54,815 nt of DNA, taken from IMG/VR virus record IMGVR_UViG_3300024999_000137, positions 1 through 54,815 of that record. The stretch is one strand, 5' to 3'. The notes below the pieces were generated by a model, which saw nothing but the letters and a program-made list of their open reading frames with translations, ran no database searches and was not told the DNA's origin. The stretch comes from a virus. Its lineage: Duplodnaviria; Caudoviricetes. Both the position numbers and the translations under genes were made by a program. This document shows positions 45,892 to 54,815 of this stretch, piece after piece; position 1 is the first letter of the stretch, and the number at the start of each line of letters is the position of its first letter.

Positions 45892-47214
45892 TTATTGCAT
45901 CGCCAAATCGGCGAATGTCGTTATTTTATCCAACCAGGCCATCTCTACTATCCCGGTCGGCCCTTTTCGCTGCTTGCTTATCTCGATCTCCGCTATTCCC
46001 CTCCTTGGGTTGTCGTGGGCCTTGTTATAAACCTCGTCCCGGTAAATAAACATGATGACATCGGCATCCTGCTCGATTGATCCGGAATCCCGGAGATCGG
46101 ACATCATCGGCCTCTTGTTGGGCCTGGCCTCCAGGCTCCTGTTGAGCTGGGAAAGCGCCAGCACCGGAATGTCCAGCTCCTTCGCCAGGGCCTTCAGCGC
46201 CCCGGAGATCTGGCTGATTTCCCGCTCCCGGCTCTCTGCCTTGTCCCGCATGAGCTGCATGTAGTCGATGACGATCAGCGACAAGCCTGGGTGGCGCACC
46301 ATAAGTTTACGGGCCTTTGACCGGATCTGCATCGGCGTCAGGGCCGGGCTGTCGTCGATGTGGATATCAAGGCCCGCCACCTTCTCCGCCGCCGCTTGCA
46401 GCCTCGGCCAGTCCTCAGTCCGGACATATCCTTTCCGCACAGAGCTCGCGTCAACATGGGCCATCGACGTGATCATCCTCTGGACCAGCTGGCCCTTTGA
46501 CATCTCCATCGAAAACACCCCGACACATTTCCCCTCAGCCACGGCCACGTTCGTCACGATGTTCATGGCCAGTGCTGTTTTGCCCATGCTCGGGCGGCCG
46601 GCCAAGATAATCAGGTCTGCCGGGTGCAGGCCGGCCAGCTTGCTATCCAGATCGGCGAACCCTGTGGCAACACCGGTGATGGGGTCGCCGGTCTGCGATT
46701 TCTCCACAACCCCAGCGAACACGCCAGGGGCCAGCACCTTGACAGACTCAAATTCTCCGGCCCTCTTCGTTCCCCCTACCGAAATCTCAAAAAATGAACG
46801 CTCGGCAAACTCCAGCACATCGGCTGCGATGGCCGGGCCATACGATTGCTCGACTACCTGCTCGCCGGCAACGATCAGCCGCCGCAGGATGGCAGCATCA
46901 ACCACCTGCTTGGCGTGGTATTTCACCATGGCCCCGGCAGCCGGGCAGTCAGTGAGCTGCGCGACATATGCCGGGCCGCCCACCGTATCGATATCCCCGG
47001 CTAACCTTAGCTGATTACAGACGGTGATCATATCCACCGGGCTGTTGCTCTCCGACAATGCGAGGATGGCCGTATAGATGGCCTGGTTCGCCGGGAAATA
47101 AAAACAATCTGGCGTCAAATCGACATCAATCTCAAACAGCAGATCTTCGCGCTGCAGCAAGGCGCCAAGCACATGCTGCTCGCTGTCCTGGTTGTGGGGC
47201 GGGATTCTACTCAT
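45892..47214 (-). CDS. dnaB: replicative DNA helicase
   Basis: PPHNQDSEQ, AGRPSMGKT, FSMEMS, IDYMQL, LSQLNR, DLRDSGSIEQDAD. Confidence 0.97.
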   Translation of the reverse strand: MSRIPPHNQDSEQHVLGALLQREDLLFEIDVDLTPDCFYFPANQAIYTAILALSESNSPVDMITVCNQLRLAGDIDTVGGPAYVAQLTDCPAAGAMVKYHAKQVVDAAILRRLIVAGEQVVEQSYGPAIAADVLEFAERSFFEISVGGTKRAGEFESVKVLAPGVFAGVVEKSQTGDPITGVATGFADLDSKLAGLHPADLIILAGRPSMGKTALAMNIVTNVAVAEGKCVGVFSMEMSKGQLVQRMITSMAHVDASSVRKGYVRTEDWPRLQAAAEKVAGLDIHIDDSPALTPMQIRSKARKLMVRHPGLSLIVIDYMQLMRDKAESREREISQISGALKALAKELDIPVLALSQLNRSLEARPNKRPMMSDLRDSGSIEQDADVIMFIYRDEVYNKAHDNPRRGIAEIEISKQRKGPTGIVEMAWLDKITTFADLAMQ

Positions 47215-48124
47215 GCGCCGCCTCGCTGAAGGTATCGCATCCTTCAGCAGAAGATGCTCTCACCTTCCCCCTCTTTTCGGCGCATCGCTTCTCCAGCCAA
47301 TAGCATTGCCCGCAGGTCAGGACCGGCACTTTTACCGCAGCGGCCGCTTTCGGCTGCGGGGCCTCCTGCAAGTAGCCGGGGAATTTCTGTTTTCCGAAAA
47401 GTGTCTCCGGACGATAAAACTTAGGGTTTGCCTGAAAATATTCATCCTGCAGCTTCGCGTCGATCACTCGCCGGCAATCATCGACCGTGTACCCTTCGCC
47501 GAATCTACCAAGGATTGAAAGCCTACTGCTCTCTGAAAATTTGAAAGACTTTCCGCATTTCTCGTTGAGATACCCGATGACCTCATCAGCCTCGGCTCTG
47601 AGCTTTTCTTTTTTTGCTTTTTTTCCAGCACTCACATCAGGGGCGGGAGCCCCCTGTTCTTGTTCTTGTTCTTGTTCTTGTTCTTGTTCTTGTATTGGGT
47701 ATGGTTTGGGTATACGTTCCAGGAACGTTTGGTGTAACGTTTCGGGAAGGTATGTTAAGTTATTGTAAAAACGATTAAAAAACACATTTGACGGCACGTC
47801 GTGAACGTCCTTTAAATTGCCTAAAAGAACGTTGCGATTCTCCGGCACATTGTACTTCCACCAGGTGTCAATATAGAGCACCCTGGCACCTTTATCGAAC
47901 CCCCAGCCAAGGGCTTGGCAAACGTTCTCGAAACGTTCCCGAAACGTTTCGGGAACCATACCCAAGTCTTCGGCTGCCAAAGCTGGCGAGAAAAGGAATA
48001 TCCCTATCCGGTTGGCTTGGGCAGTGAAAACGTAGAGCGTCACCAGCTTTTCATCCCTTGTCATTTTAAAAATCTTCTCGTCTTTCCAAAATCTCGGGTC
48101 AACTTTTCTGTATTTTTCAGCCAT
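47207..48124 (-). CDS. phage replication initiator (N-terminal HTH, conserved phage C-terminal domain)
   Basis: YRKVDPRFWKDEK N-terminus, (QE)n linker, VIGYLN..C...RPETLFG.KF.GYL; upstream of dnaB. Confidence 0.85.
   Translation of the reverse strand: MAEKYRKVDPRFWKDEKIFKMTRDEKLVTLYVFTAQANRIGIFLFSPALAAEDLGMVPETFRERFENVCQALGWGFDKGARVLYIDTWWKYNVPENRNVLLGNLKDVHDVPSNVFFNRFYNNLTYLPETLHQTFLERIPKPYPIQEQEQEQEQEQEQGAPAPDVSAGKKAKKEKLRAEADEVIGYLNEKCGKSFKFSESSRLSILGRFGEGYTVDDCRRVIDAKLQDEYFQANPKFYRPETLFGKQKFPGYLQEAPQPKAAAAVKVPVLTCGQCYWLEKRCAEKRGKVRASSAEGCDTFSEAAHE
47655..47692. repeat. (TGTTCT)6 microsatellite encoding the QE linker
   Basis: Direct reading of the sequence. Confidence 0.95.
47713..47955. 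other. putative replication origin iterons inside the initiator gene
   Basis: AACGTT at 47921, 47932 and 47943 (11-bp period); (T/A)ACGTT at 47713, 47724 and 47736; AT-rich stretch ~47751-47790 between the clusters. Confidence 0.6.
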
Positions 48125-48226
48125 CGAGACAATCCTATTATCTTGAAAGATGTGGGGAGGCAGCAGCTTCAAAGCTTTCGCTCCACCCTGCCCCATTCAG
48201 CTCCGCTTGTTCCGCATCTACACCTA

Positions 48227-49453
48227 CTATTTTCCCACAAACTCGATATACGGGATCTGCGAGTTTACGATAGCCTCAAGGATGGCCTCGGCCAGATCTA
48301 CATCTTTCTCCATGGCTATCTCCAGCACCGCATACATGGCAGCCATGGCCTCTTCCTTGCGGTCGGAGTCTTCGACTTCATCGGCCGCTGATGCTACGCA
48401 AATGTTGTCAGCTGAGATTTCCCAGCACTCAATGACCGCTGGAGTGGTATTGCTTTCGTTGTTGCACGGGTAAGCTTCTTCCGTCTCATTGTCCGCATCG
48501 TCCTGGTTAAAATACAGACTGCCAGAATAAATTGGCTCAGGATCTTTCACCTTGATCTCGTCTTTCGGCGTAATCTTGATGTTGGCATTTGAGCAGCCCA
48601 GAGTCATGGAGTAATCTACCCATACGAATTCCTGATTCTCGTTCTCTTCAACAGGGCCGTTTAAATCGTCGCTGTGAGGTTTCCCGGCCTCCTGGCTGTC
48701 GGCGTCCGCAATATCCTTGTTCAAGGCAACCACCGTCTTTTCTGCCTCAATGGCGGCCCGTTCCGCCGCAAGTTTCGCCTTCTCTTCCTCCTGCGCTTTC
48801 TTTTCGTCGGCGAGGCGCTTTTTCTCGGCGGCAAGCTCTGCTTTCTCCTGAGCAAGACGCGCTTCCTCTTTCTCCTGGGCTACGGCCCTGGCCCGCATGG
48901 AGAAGAGCAGCTCCAGCGTGCTTTCTTTCGCGGCCTGTGCGACCTCCTCGAATGGGGCGAACTCCTCCGCCGTGATCTGGACAGCCTCGGTAATGGCGAT
49001 CTGCGCCATGATCTCGGCTGCTGCTTTCCCGTAGGCGCCGTTGACCACCTGGCGCATCACGCTGATTTTTTCCATAACCAGAGTCCTGCGCTCTTCCTCC
49101 ATCCGCTTCTTCTCGGCCCGCTCCGCAGCCTTCTCATCGTCAATAACCTGTTTGGCGTCCTTGAGCGGTGTTTCCAGGCTGACGATCTCCCCGATGATCC
49201 GCTTGGCTGTTTCGTCAACATTGCGCTTAAACTCCTTGCGCCTCTTCTCCACCCGCACCCTGACGGTACGCAATTCGAATAGCCCGGTCCTGGCCAGCTC
49301 GTACCCGTCTTTGGTGCGGCAGTCAGGCACCTCGGTATATTTGCTCTTCAGCTCGGCAAGGGCTGTTTCCGTCACGCTCAAGTTAGCCACGGGGAACTCG
49401 CCCTGGCCGCCATCGTCCTCGCCAATATCAATTACCTGCGCTTCTTCTTGCAT
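48227..49453 (-). CDS. coiled-coil protein (DUF1351/Gam-like neighbourhood)
   Basis: GYELAR...LRT.RV.VEK.RKE...AKRI...I..LE.PL pattern; long coiled coil. Confidence 0.7.
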   Translation of the reverse strand: MQEEAQVIDIGEDDGGQGEFPVANLSVTETALAELKSKYTEVPDCRTKDGYELARTGLFELRTVRVRVEKRRKEFKRNVDETAKRIIGEIVSLETPLKDAKQVIDDEKAAERAEKKRMEEERRTLVMEKISVMRQVVNGAYGKAAAEIMAQIAITEAVQITAEEFAPFEEVAQAAKESTLELLFSMRARAVAQEKEEARLAQEKAELAAEKKRLADEKKAQEEEKAKLAAERAAIEAEKTVVALNKDIADADSQEAGKPHSDDLNGPVEENENQEFVWVDYSMTLGCSNANIKITPKDEIKVKDPEPIYSGSLYFNQDDADNETEEAYPCNNESNTTPAVIECWEISADNICVASAADEVEDSDRKEEAMAAMYAVLEIAMEKDVDLAEAILEAIVNSQIPYIEFVGK

Positions 49454-49731
49454 CGTTGCATCTCCATATATTCGTTTAATAATTCGATTATTTTTATTAA
49501 TGGTTCCACGCATGCCTGGTTGAAAAAATCTTCCTGACCAATCCGGTGAACTCCGGGGACATGGCATGTCTCTGAGCACAGGGGAAGGAGCCACGCATCA
49601 TCCGGCTTCTGCCCCATGCCGCTGTTTGTCGCTGTCCGGTGGTGGTGCGGCTCTGATGGTCCAGGGCGCCCGCAGGCCGCACACGGCTTGCGGCGGATGA
49701 AATCTCGGTAATCGTCATTTTTTGCCGGCAT
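49432..49731 (-). CDS. DUF968 / HNH-like putative nuclease
   Basis: PCAACG...HH...GMGQKPDD...PLC...CH...H. Confidence 0.75.
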   Translation of the reverse strand: MPAKNDDYRDFIRRKPCAACGRPGPSEPHHHRTATNSGMGQKPDDAWLLPLCSETCHVPGVHRIGQEDFFNQACVEPLIKIIELLNEYMEMQRCKKKRR

Positions 49732-49930
49732 TGTCCCACCCGCACAGGTCGCATTTCCCGGAAGAGACAGCGGCGCTCCCATTTTGCCTGCCGTTCTTGT
49801 CGCAGGCGAAGCACTGCAGGAGGTAAAAAACCCCGTCCTGGCTGTAAAAGTTTGGGAACCGGTCATTGATATGCTTACGCTCTTCAACCTTCAGTCTTCC
49901 GTCTCCCGTCGTTAATGTTTCCCAGACCAT
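49715..49930 (-). CDS. zinc-ribbon hypothetical protein
   Basis: CFAC...CDLCGW. Confidence 0.65.
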   Translation of the reverse strand: MVWETLTTGDGRLKVEERKHINDRFPNFYSQDGVFYLLQCFACDKNGRQNGSAAVSSGKCDLCGWDNAGKK

Positions 49931-50410
49931 CTATATTTCCTCCGGCATTATTTCTATCATGGCCTGTACTTGCTCCGGGCTCATGCCGCCCATGTATTCC
50001 TCGCCGATATGGCGGCACAGGCCCTTGACTGTTTCCTCAAATTCACCTTGTTCCATGCGCTCAAACGATAGAGAGTGGGGCAACCGCTGCTCGACAAATC
50101 CAACCTTGGGGATTTTCAGGATGATGATTTCACACCCGATCCCGCTTTCGGCCTGCAACGTTTTCAGGACCAGGTGCGGATCTGTATATTGCCTGAACCT
50201 CTCGACATTCTGAATCACCAGCTGCGCGATCTTATGCGCGTACCGGTGATACCATGGCAGGCGCGGCTTGGTCGCGCTGATTAACAGGATATCGCCGACC
50301 TTGTAACCCTTGGCGTTCAACCTGCCGGCGACATAGCTGTTCTCCGGAGCTATCCCGCCCTTGATGACCTTCATCAAAAAACGTTCCGGCCTCTTTTTCG
50401 TTGCCGCCAT
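49931..50410 (-). CDS. DUF1367/NinB-like protein
   Basis: PR...HR, P.SLSFERMEQGEFE pattern. Confidence 0.65.
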   Translation of the reverse strand: MAATKKRPERFLMKVIKGGIAPENSYVAGRLNAKGYKVGDILLISATKPRLPWYHRYAHKIAQLVIQNVERFRQYTDPHLVLKTLQAESGIGCEIIILKIPKVGFVEQRLPHSLSFERMEQGEFEETVKGLCRHIGEEYMGGMSPEQVQAMIEIMPEEI

Positions 50411-51322
50411 TTACGCCGCACCTTTGGTTATCCATCCGGCCGCCTCAGCCAGGTCTCGGTTGTATTTTTTAATCTGCACGATGCCTTTTTCACCGAGGTC
50501 AGCCCGAATGGAAGGCGCATTTTCCGTGAAGATCCTGGTCAGGTCTTTGAGGTCTTTCGCGACATCCATGATCTGGATGTAGTCGCCGATCTCTTTTTTC
50601 TGCACATCAGGTGGAGTCTGGACAGGCTCTCTCTTTTCCGGTTCCGCCCCTGAATTCAGCCACGCGGCCAGGGCCTCGCCGGTTTCCTCGGTAGGCTTGA
50701 ACCAGCTATCGACCGGAAAGAGCTTGGTCCGGTCCTTGTCGCCGCAGGCCATGTGAGAGATGTCCATCTTCAAAACGACGGTGAACTCATAATCAAGGCC
50801 CTCACGCTGCTGCGCCTGCATCCCCAGCTTCTTCGGCACCTGCTTCCCCTTGTCGTTTTGCTCCAGGGCATAGGCTTGCTTGCTGCGGATGGTGGCGATG
50901 ATGTGGCAATCGGCGTTCAGCATGGCGTTAACGAATTCGTTGTGTCTGGGCGTCACTTTTTGCCACGCCGTAAATTCGTTGCCAGGCGTACCGCTCTTGA
51001 TATCAAGGATACCGCCATCGCCGGCCCATTCGTGGGTTATGCTATCGACGATGAGGCAATCGTAGCCGGCAGCGGCAGCCTCCTTGATGAGCTTGGTATA
51101 TTTCTCCGGGGTGTACGGCTCGGTCAGGGGCGCATGGTCGAAAGCGAATTCATCGGCATAGAGCCTGGCGCTATCCTTTTCCGTGTCGATGACGGCAATT
51201 TTCCCGGTAGGGCCGACAAGGCCCCTGGCTATCCTGAGGGCTGAATATGTTTTACCGCTACCGCTCGGACCTTCAATCGCTATCCTGGCCTTCAGCTTCG
51301 TCTTGATCGCCGGTTTAAACAT
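50411..51322 (-). CDS. Sak4-like AAA_24 ssDNA-annealing ATPase
   Basis: GPSGSGKTYSAL, VIDTE, IVDSITHEW.G.GG, QREGLDYEFT. Confidence 0.9.
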   Translation of the reverse strand: MFKPAIKTKLKARIAIEGPSGSGKTYSALRIARGLVGPTGKIAVIDTEKDSARLYADEFAFDHAPLTEPYTPEKYTKLIKEAAAAGYDCLIVDSITHEWAGDGGILDIKSGTPGNEFTAWQKVTPRHNEFVNAMLNADCHIIATIRSKQAYALEQNDKGKQVPKKLGMQAQQREGLDYEFTVVLKMDISHMACGDKDRTKLFPVDSWFKPTEETGEALAAWLNSGAEPEKREPVQTPPDVQKKEIGDYIQIMDVAKDLKDLTRIFTENAPSIRADLGEKGIVQIKKYNRDLAEAAGWITKGAA

Positions 51323-51551
51323 GCTCCACCTTCCCCCGCCGCTCCATCAGGCCCTTGTAAATTTCGTTGCGGAATAATGTCTCAACGGCCTCGATCTCCG
51401 GCACCCTGGTGACGGTGAAAATCTCGTTGCCGACGATCATCTGGGAAATCTCGACATCGCTCTCGCAATACGGCCGTCCTTTGATGACGCACCGCGCTTC
51501 CCGCCCGTCTGGGAGGGTAACTTTGATAATCTCTGCTCTTTCCGGTGTCAT
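51315..51551 (-). CDS. hypothetical protein
   Basis: AAGGAG RBS. Confidence 0.7.
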   Translation of the reverse strand: MTPERAEIIKVTLPDGREARCVIKGRPYCESDVEISQMIVGNEIFTVTRVPEIEAVETLFRNEIYKGLMERRGKVEHV

Positions 51552-51572
51552 ATGTTGTGCTCCTTTTGGTAC

Positions 51573-51836
51573 TCAGATTTTCCTGACGCCAGCTTCTTTC
51601 GTCAGGGTGTTCATGGTCGCGTGGTAATCGGCACTCCACTCGTCATGCCGTTTTGCCCGCTCTTCATTGCTTATGCCGGACCATTTCTCCGGACGGCCGT
51701 ACTTCTTGAAGATTTTCTTATCCGCGCATTTCGCCGCTGTTGCGATGTGCTTGTTTATTTCCTCAGAGTAGGCATGGTCCACCAGCCTCTCTTCAACAGC
51801 GGCTATTGCCTGCTTATCGATGCTAACCTCTATCAT
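51573..51836 (-). CDS. hypothetical protein
   Basis: Fits the operon spacing. Confidence 0.7.
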   Translation of the reverse strand: MIEVSIDKQAIAAVEERLVDHAYSEEINKHIATAAKCADKKIFKKYGRPEKWSGISNEERAKRHDEWSADYHATMNTLTKEAGVRKI

Positions 51837-52083
51837 CCCTATTCCCCCAGTGGTCCCGGTGATATTCTTCTGTCGCGAGACGGTTTATTTCATCCTCGAA
51901 CTCGCCGAGTATCCAGTCATAAACCGCACGAAGTTCTGGAGTGATCGCATCGAGACGCGACACCACGAATTCCCCGTCCTTCTCCGCCAACCCAGTCTGC
52001 GGCTCGCCTGGCTCCATCGGGTGATAATGTCCGATGGCAACCAATGATATGCCGCGCAGGTCTATGTGAACGATCTCTTGCAT
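51823..52083 (-). CDS. hypothetical protein
   Basis: AAGGA RBS; acidic. Confidence 0.7.
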   Translation of the reverse strand: MQEIVHIDLRGISLVAIGHYHPMEPGEPQTGLAEKDGEFVVSRLDAITPELRAVYDWILGEFEDEINRLATEEYHRDHWGNRDDRG

Positions 52084-52167
52084 TGAATCCTTGACTTGCC
52101 CGTCATCGGGCTGTATTTTGTATTTTTTGATTGTTGTGAATTGGCCAAGCCGTGATGGGCTCGGCGT

Positions 52168-52205
52168 GAAGCCCGCCTCTGGGAAAGAGGCGGGCTTCTT
52201 TTATT
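52168..52205 (+). terminator. intrinsic terminator oriented on the + (antisense) strand
   Basis: GAAGCCCGCCTCT / AGAGGCGGGCTTC followed by TTTTATT. Confidence 0.8.
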
Positions 52206-52220
52206 AGAAACTGCCCATCC

Positions 52221-53036
52221 TTAGAAACTTCCCAACAATACGGGCCTGTTCGTTTTTTCCCGCACCATACCTACCGCCGTGGTAAACACGTCTTCTTCCA
52301 CCTTCTCGGGGTTTAACAGGTCGAACCACATAAGCAGCTGGCCGTTGTCGTGAATGCGGTATCTCAGGCGAGCCTTAATCTTGTATGCATCAAAGCCGCG
52401 GTACGGGGAGATGCCGATGATGAACTCTTCCGGGATCTCAATCTGCCCCTTGGCTGTCGTGCCCTTGATCTCTTCATTGTAGGCGAACACATGGGCGCCG
52501 TTGTCCAGCCTGATGGCTGACGCGAACTCAACCTTTTTCTTGGCGACCAGGTTGCGGGAAACCTCAAGGATAGTGGCGGAATCAGGCTCGATGATGTCTA
52601 TGAGGTTGTCTTCGATGAAGGTGGCGAATTCCACCTGGCTCATGGCCTTCTTGTCTTTGCCGGTCCACCGTCTCCACTCCATGGTCTGCTGCAGGGAGAA
52701 CGTGCAGGTGTGATCTTTCCAGCCGGGCGCAAAGCTGCTCGCATGGTAATCAAGCACCGTCACAATTTTCTTTTTGTCATAATCGGCAAAAATAATGCTG
52801 GACCCGGAGCTGAACTGCTCCCAATAATCAAGCAGACTCTGCACATCGTCCACATTGACGTGCCCCGCGCATCTGGCCGGGGTGTCCGCGAATTCCTTCA
52901 GTGATTTAAGCGTTGCCCCCTCGGGGACAATGGCATACTGCATCCTCGGCATTGTTACGGTTTGGACCGGCCCGAGTGACATGCCTGCGTTCAGCACAGC
53001 AGCCATTTCATTGCAACAATCTTTTCCTTCAATCAT
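52221..53036 (-). CDS. DUF2303 (YfdQ-like) protein
   Basis: VLDYH...PGW.DH, EW.RW......MSQ.EFA.FIEDN, IPEEF.I.I.PY.G...ARLRYR. Confidence 0.9.
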   Translation of the reverse strand: MIEGKDCCNEMAAVLNAGMSLGPVQTVTMPRMQYAIVPEGATLKSLKEFADTPARCAGHVNVDDVQSLLDYWEQFSSGSSIIFADYDKKKIVTVLDYHASSFAPGWKDHTCTFSLQQTMEWRRWTGKDKKAMSQVEFATFIEDNLIDIIEPDSATILEVSRNLVAKKKVEFASAIRLDNGAHVFAYNEEIKGTTAKGQIEIPEEFIIGISPYRGFDAYKIKARLRYRIHDNGQLLMWFDLLNPEKVEEDVFTTAVGMVREKTNRPVLLGSF

Positions 53037-53395
53037 TTTGCATTTACCTCCTTGAGTTGAGTAATTTTCGCCCCAGGCACAACTTCCTTCATCTCCTCGA
53101 TCCGTATCTGCCTGGTAACGCCTTCGCGCTCCAGGTTGTTCCCCGGCGTGACGAACATGAATGTCGGCTGCTTTGTTGCTTCCGGCTTGCTCACCTTGAT
53201 TGCGTCCGTGATGAGCACCTGGCTGCTGCCCTCCGGCTTTACCTTGATGGTGAGGGTGAGCGTCCCAACCTTCCCGTGTTTTGCCACCGCCTCAGTCAGC
53301 AGGTTAAGCCCTTCCGACAGTTCCTGGTGACAATTCCCATGCCTCAGATCCGTGATGAAATCAGAGAAGTCCCGTGGTGTTTCATTTGTTTGCAT
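53033..53395 (-). CDS. DUF2303 partner (YfdP-like) protein
   Basis: GK.GTLTLTIKVKP...F.T..NNL.R pattern; directly upstream of DUF2303. Confidence 0.75.
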   Translation of the reverse strand: MQTNETPRDFSDFITDLRHGNCHQELSEGLNLLTEAVAKHGKVGTLTLTIKVKPEGSSQVLITDAIKVSKPEATKQPTFMFVTPGNNLEREGVTRQIRIEEMKEVVPGAKITQLKEVNAK

Positions 53396-53972
53396 CTTTG
53401 CTCCTTGACTGTTGTGAGTACGGCAGCAGTCTTTCAGCTCTGCTCGAATGCCGCAATCTGTTTAATGCCTTTTTCTCTAACTGGCGCACATACTCCCTCG
53501 ATACACAGAGGACCGCGCCGCATTCCCCTAGGGATAATCCTTCTAAAAACCGCATTCTGATCACCTGCGATTCTCTCTTGCTGAGTGTGTCGATGACGGC
53601 AGACAGCACCACTGCCATTTCGGCCATCTCATACTCGCCGGCCGGGTCCACATAGCTCAACGTGCCGCTGCTCACGGTCATGGTCAGCAACGATTCGTCA
53701 TCAATTTTCGGGGTCATGCCGCAGAAATAGGAAGGGAAAACTTCGTCCAACCTGGCATCGAGAGCCTGCGCAACGCCGATTGCCGACTTGCTTACCTTCC
53801 CCGTGTTTTCGTTCTGCGGGGAAGAGGTACCGTTTGCCAGGCTGACGACCTGCCCAGAGCTGCATCCGGCTGCCTTGGCGAGAGCAGCCACGGTCAATCC
53901 TTTTTTTACCCGCAGGCTATGAATGTTCGACTCGTACTCTTTCCATCCCCGGAAACATGCCACCGTGCCCAT
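53382..53972 (-). CDS. XRE-HTH plus sigma70 region-4 regulator
   Basis: LRVKKGLTVAALAKAAG N-terminus; LSKRESQVIRMRF..GLSL.ECG....VSREYVRQLEKKAL.RLR C-terminus. Confidence 0.85.
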   Translation of the reverse strand: MGTVACFRGWKEYESNIHSLRVKKGLTVAALAKAAGCSSGQVVSLANGTSSPQNENTGKVSKSAIGVAQALDARLDEVFPSYFCGMTPKIDDESLLTMTVSSGTLSYVDPAGEYEMAEMAVVLSAVIDTLSKRESQVIRMRFLEGLSLGECGAVLCVSREYVRQLEKKALNRLRHSSRAERLLPYSQQSRSKDANK

Positions 53973-53973
53973 G

Positions 53974-54570
53974 CTAATTTCCCTCCGGCCTGTATCCTTG
54001 GCACACGCAACCAAGTTTTTTGCCCCAATTATCGGCGTACAGAGCGCACCTGACTATCCGCGCTCCCTCCTGGCGGAAACAATGCGATGCCCGCTGGCTC
54101 GCTTTCACCGTCGTCGTCGCCTTCTTTACTGGCCCCTTCTTCCGCATCGCACCAAGTCCCATGGCGCTACGCATCGCGTTTCCGCACGCCACGTTGCAGG
54201 TTTCCTTATTCATCGAGTGAGGCACATCTTTGTACCGGGGGAACGGCTCCCCGCACCATATGCACACGTCGATGCTGTTTGGCTTCAGCCTGCCGGCCTT
54301 CGCCTCGGAGGAATAAAATCGATGCCTGCACGCTCCGCCATTCGCCCACCGCTTATTTTTCCCAACCCGCCCACCGCACCCGCACGGGCATTTATCGCTG
54401 CTCGCTGCGACCTCTTTGGCTTTTTCTACCGCCTCCTGCGGGGTCATCTTCTTGAGCCACTTCCGCATGGTGCAAAGAGTGGCTCCGCCTGATGCCTGCA
54501 TGGCCAGGTAGTGAACAGTGACCATTTCACCGTGGTATTGGTATAGTTTCGCGTGGGCCATGCAGGTCAC
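53974..54570 (-). CDS. Cys-rich hypothetical protein
   Basis: CPCGCG, CIWCG and C..AC motifs; GTGA overlap with the repeat gene stop. Confidence 0.7.
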   Translation of the reverse strand: MTCMAHAKLYQYHGEMVTVHYLAMQASGGATLCTMRKWLKKMTPQEAVEKAKEVAASSDKCPCGCGGRVGKNKRWANGGACRHRFYSSEAKAGRLKPNSIDVCIWCGEPFPRYKDVPHSMNKETCNVACGNAMRSAMGLGAMRKKGPVKKATTTVKASQRASHCFRQEGARIVRCALYADNWGKKLGCVCQGYRPEGN

Positions 54571-54815
54571 GCAGAAATTTCGATTTTGAAAAGTGCCGCG
54601 AGCCGCGTGAACAGGTCAAAGCTGAGCACATACCGCAGGGCATACCCGTCATTCTCCACGGCCTTGAGACACACGGCCTCGGTCTGGTCCTTGACATACC
54701 GCAGGGCATACCCGTTCCACTCAACGGCCTTGAGACACACGGCCTCGGTCTGGTCCTTGACATACTGCAGGGCATCCCCGTTCCGCTCAACGGCCTTGAG
54801 ACACACGGCCTCGGT
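54567..54815 (-). CDS. DUF4116-like repeat protein, 3' part
   Basis: AVCLKAVE.NG.AL.YVKDQTE repeats, ending FDLFTRLAALFKIEISA*. Confidence 0.85.
   Translation of the reverse strand, partial: TEAVCLKAVERNGDALQYVKDQTEAVCLKAVEWNGYALRYVKDQTEAVCLKAVENDGYALRYVLSFDLFTRLAALFKIEISA
54628..54815. repeat. 66-bp tandem repeat (~2.8 units), same unit as the window start
   Basis: GGCCTTGAG at 54660, 54726 and 54792. Confidence 0.97.

Overview
This window is a near-complete, apparently circular ~54.8-kb temperate podovirus-like phage genome in its excised (attP) form. The window ends fall inside one 66-bp tandem-repeat gene (DUF4116-like). Modules in order: (1) genetic switch with a cro-like gene facing an unusual XRE-HTH plus tandem-PAS repressor that is translationally coupled to a tyrosine integrase, and an attP made of the 3' half of tRNA-Arg(CCT); (2) lysis and accessory genes (PLA2-like protein, Amidase_3, holin candidates, Fn3 and beta-helix proteins); (3) a 4342-aa DarB-like polyvalent virion protein (ART-like, N6-MTase, SNF2 helicase) whose linkers appear to hide overprinted +1-frame genes; (4) ejection proteins, tail fibre, nozzle, adaptor, major capsid, scaffold, portal and terminase; (5) an inverted + strand island of small unknown genes with its own strong promoter and a copy of the repressor operator; (6) RuvC, SSB, a C4-antisense-RNA-controlled antirepressor cassette, DnaB, an initiator with iterons, Sak4, DUF2303 and an HTH-sigma4 regulator. 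A Gram-negative host, possibly Desulfobacterota-like, is inference only. Family assignments come from motif recognition by eye; no database searches were run.
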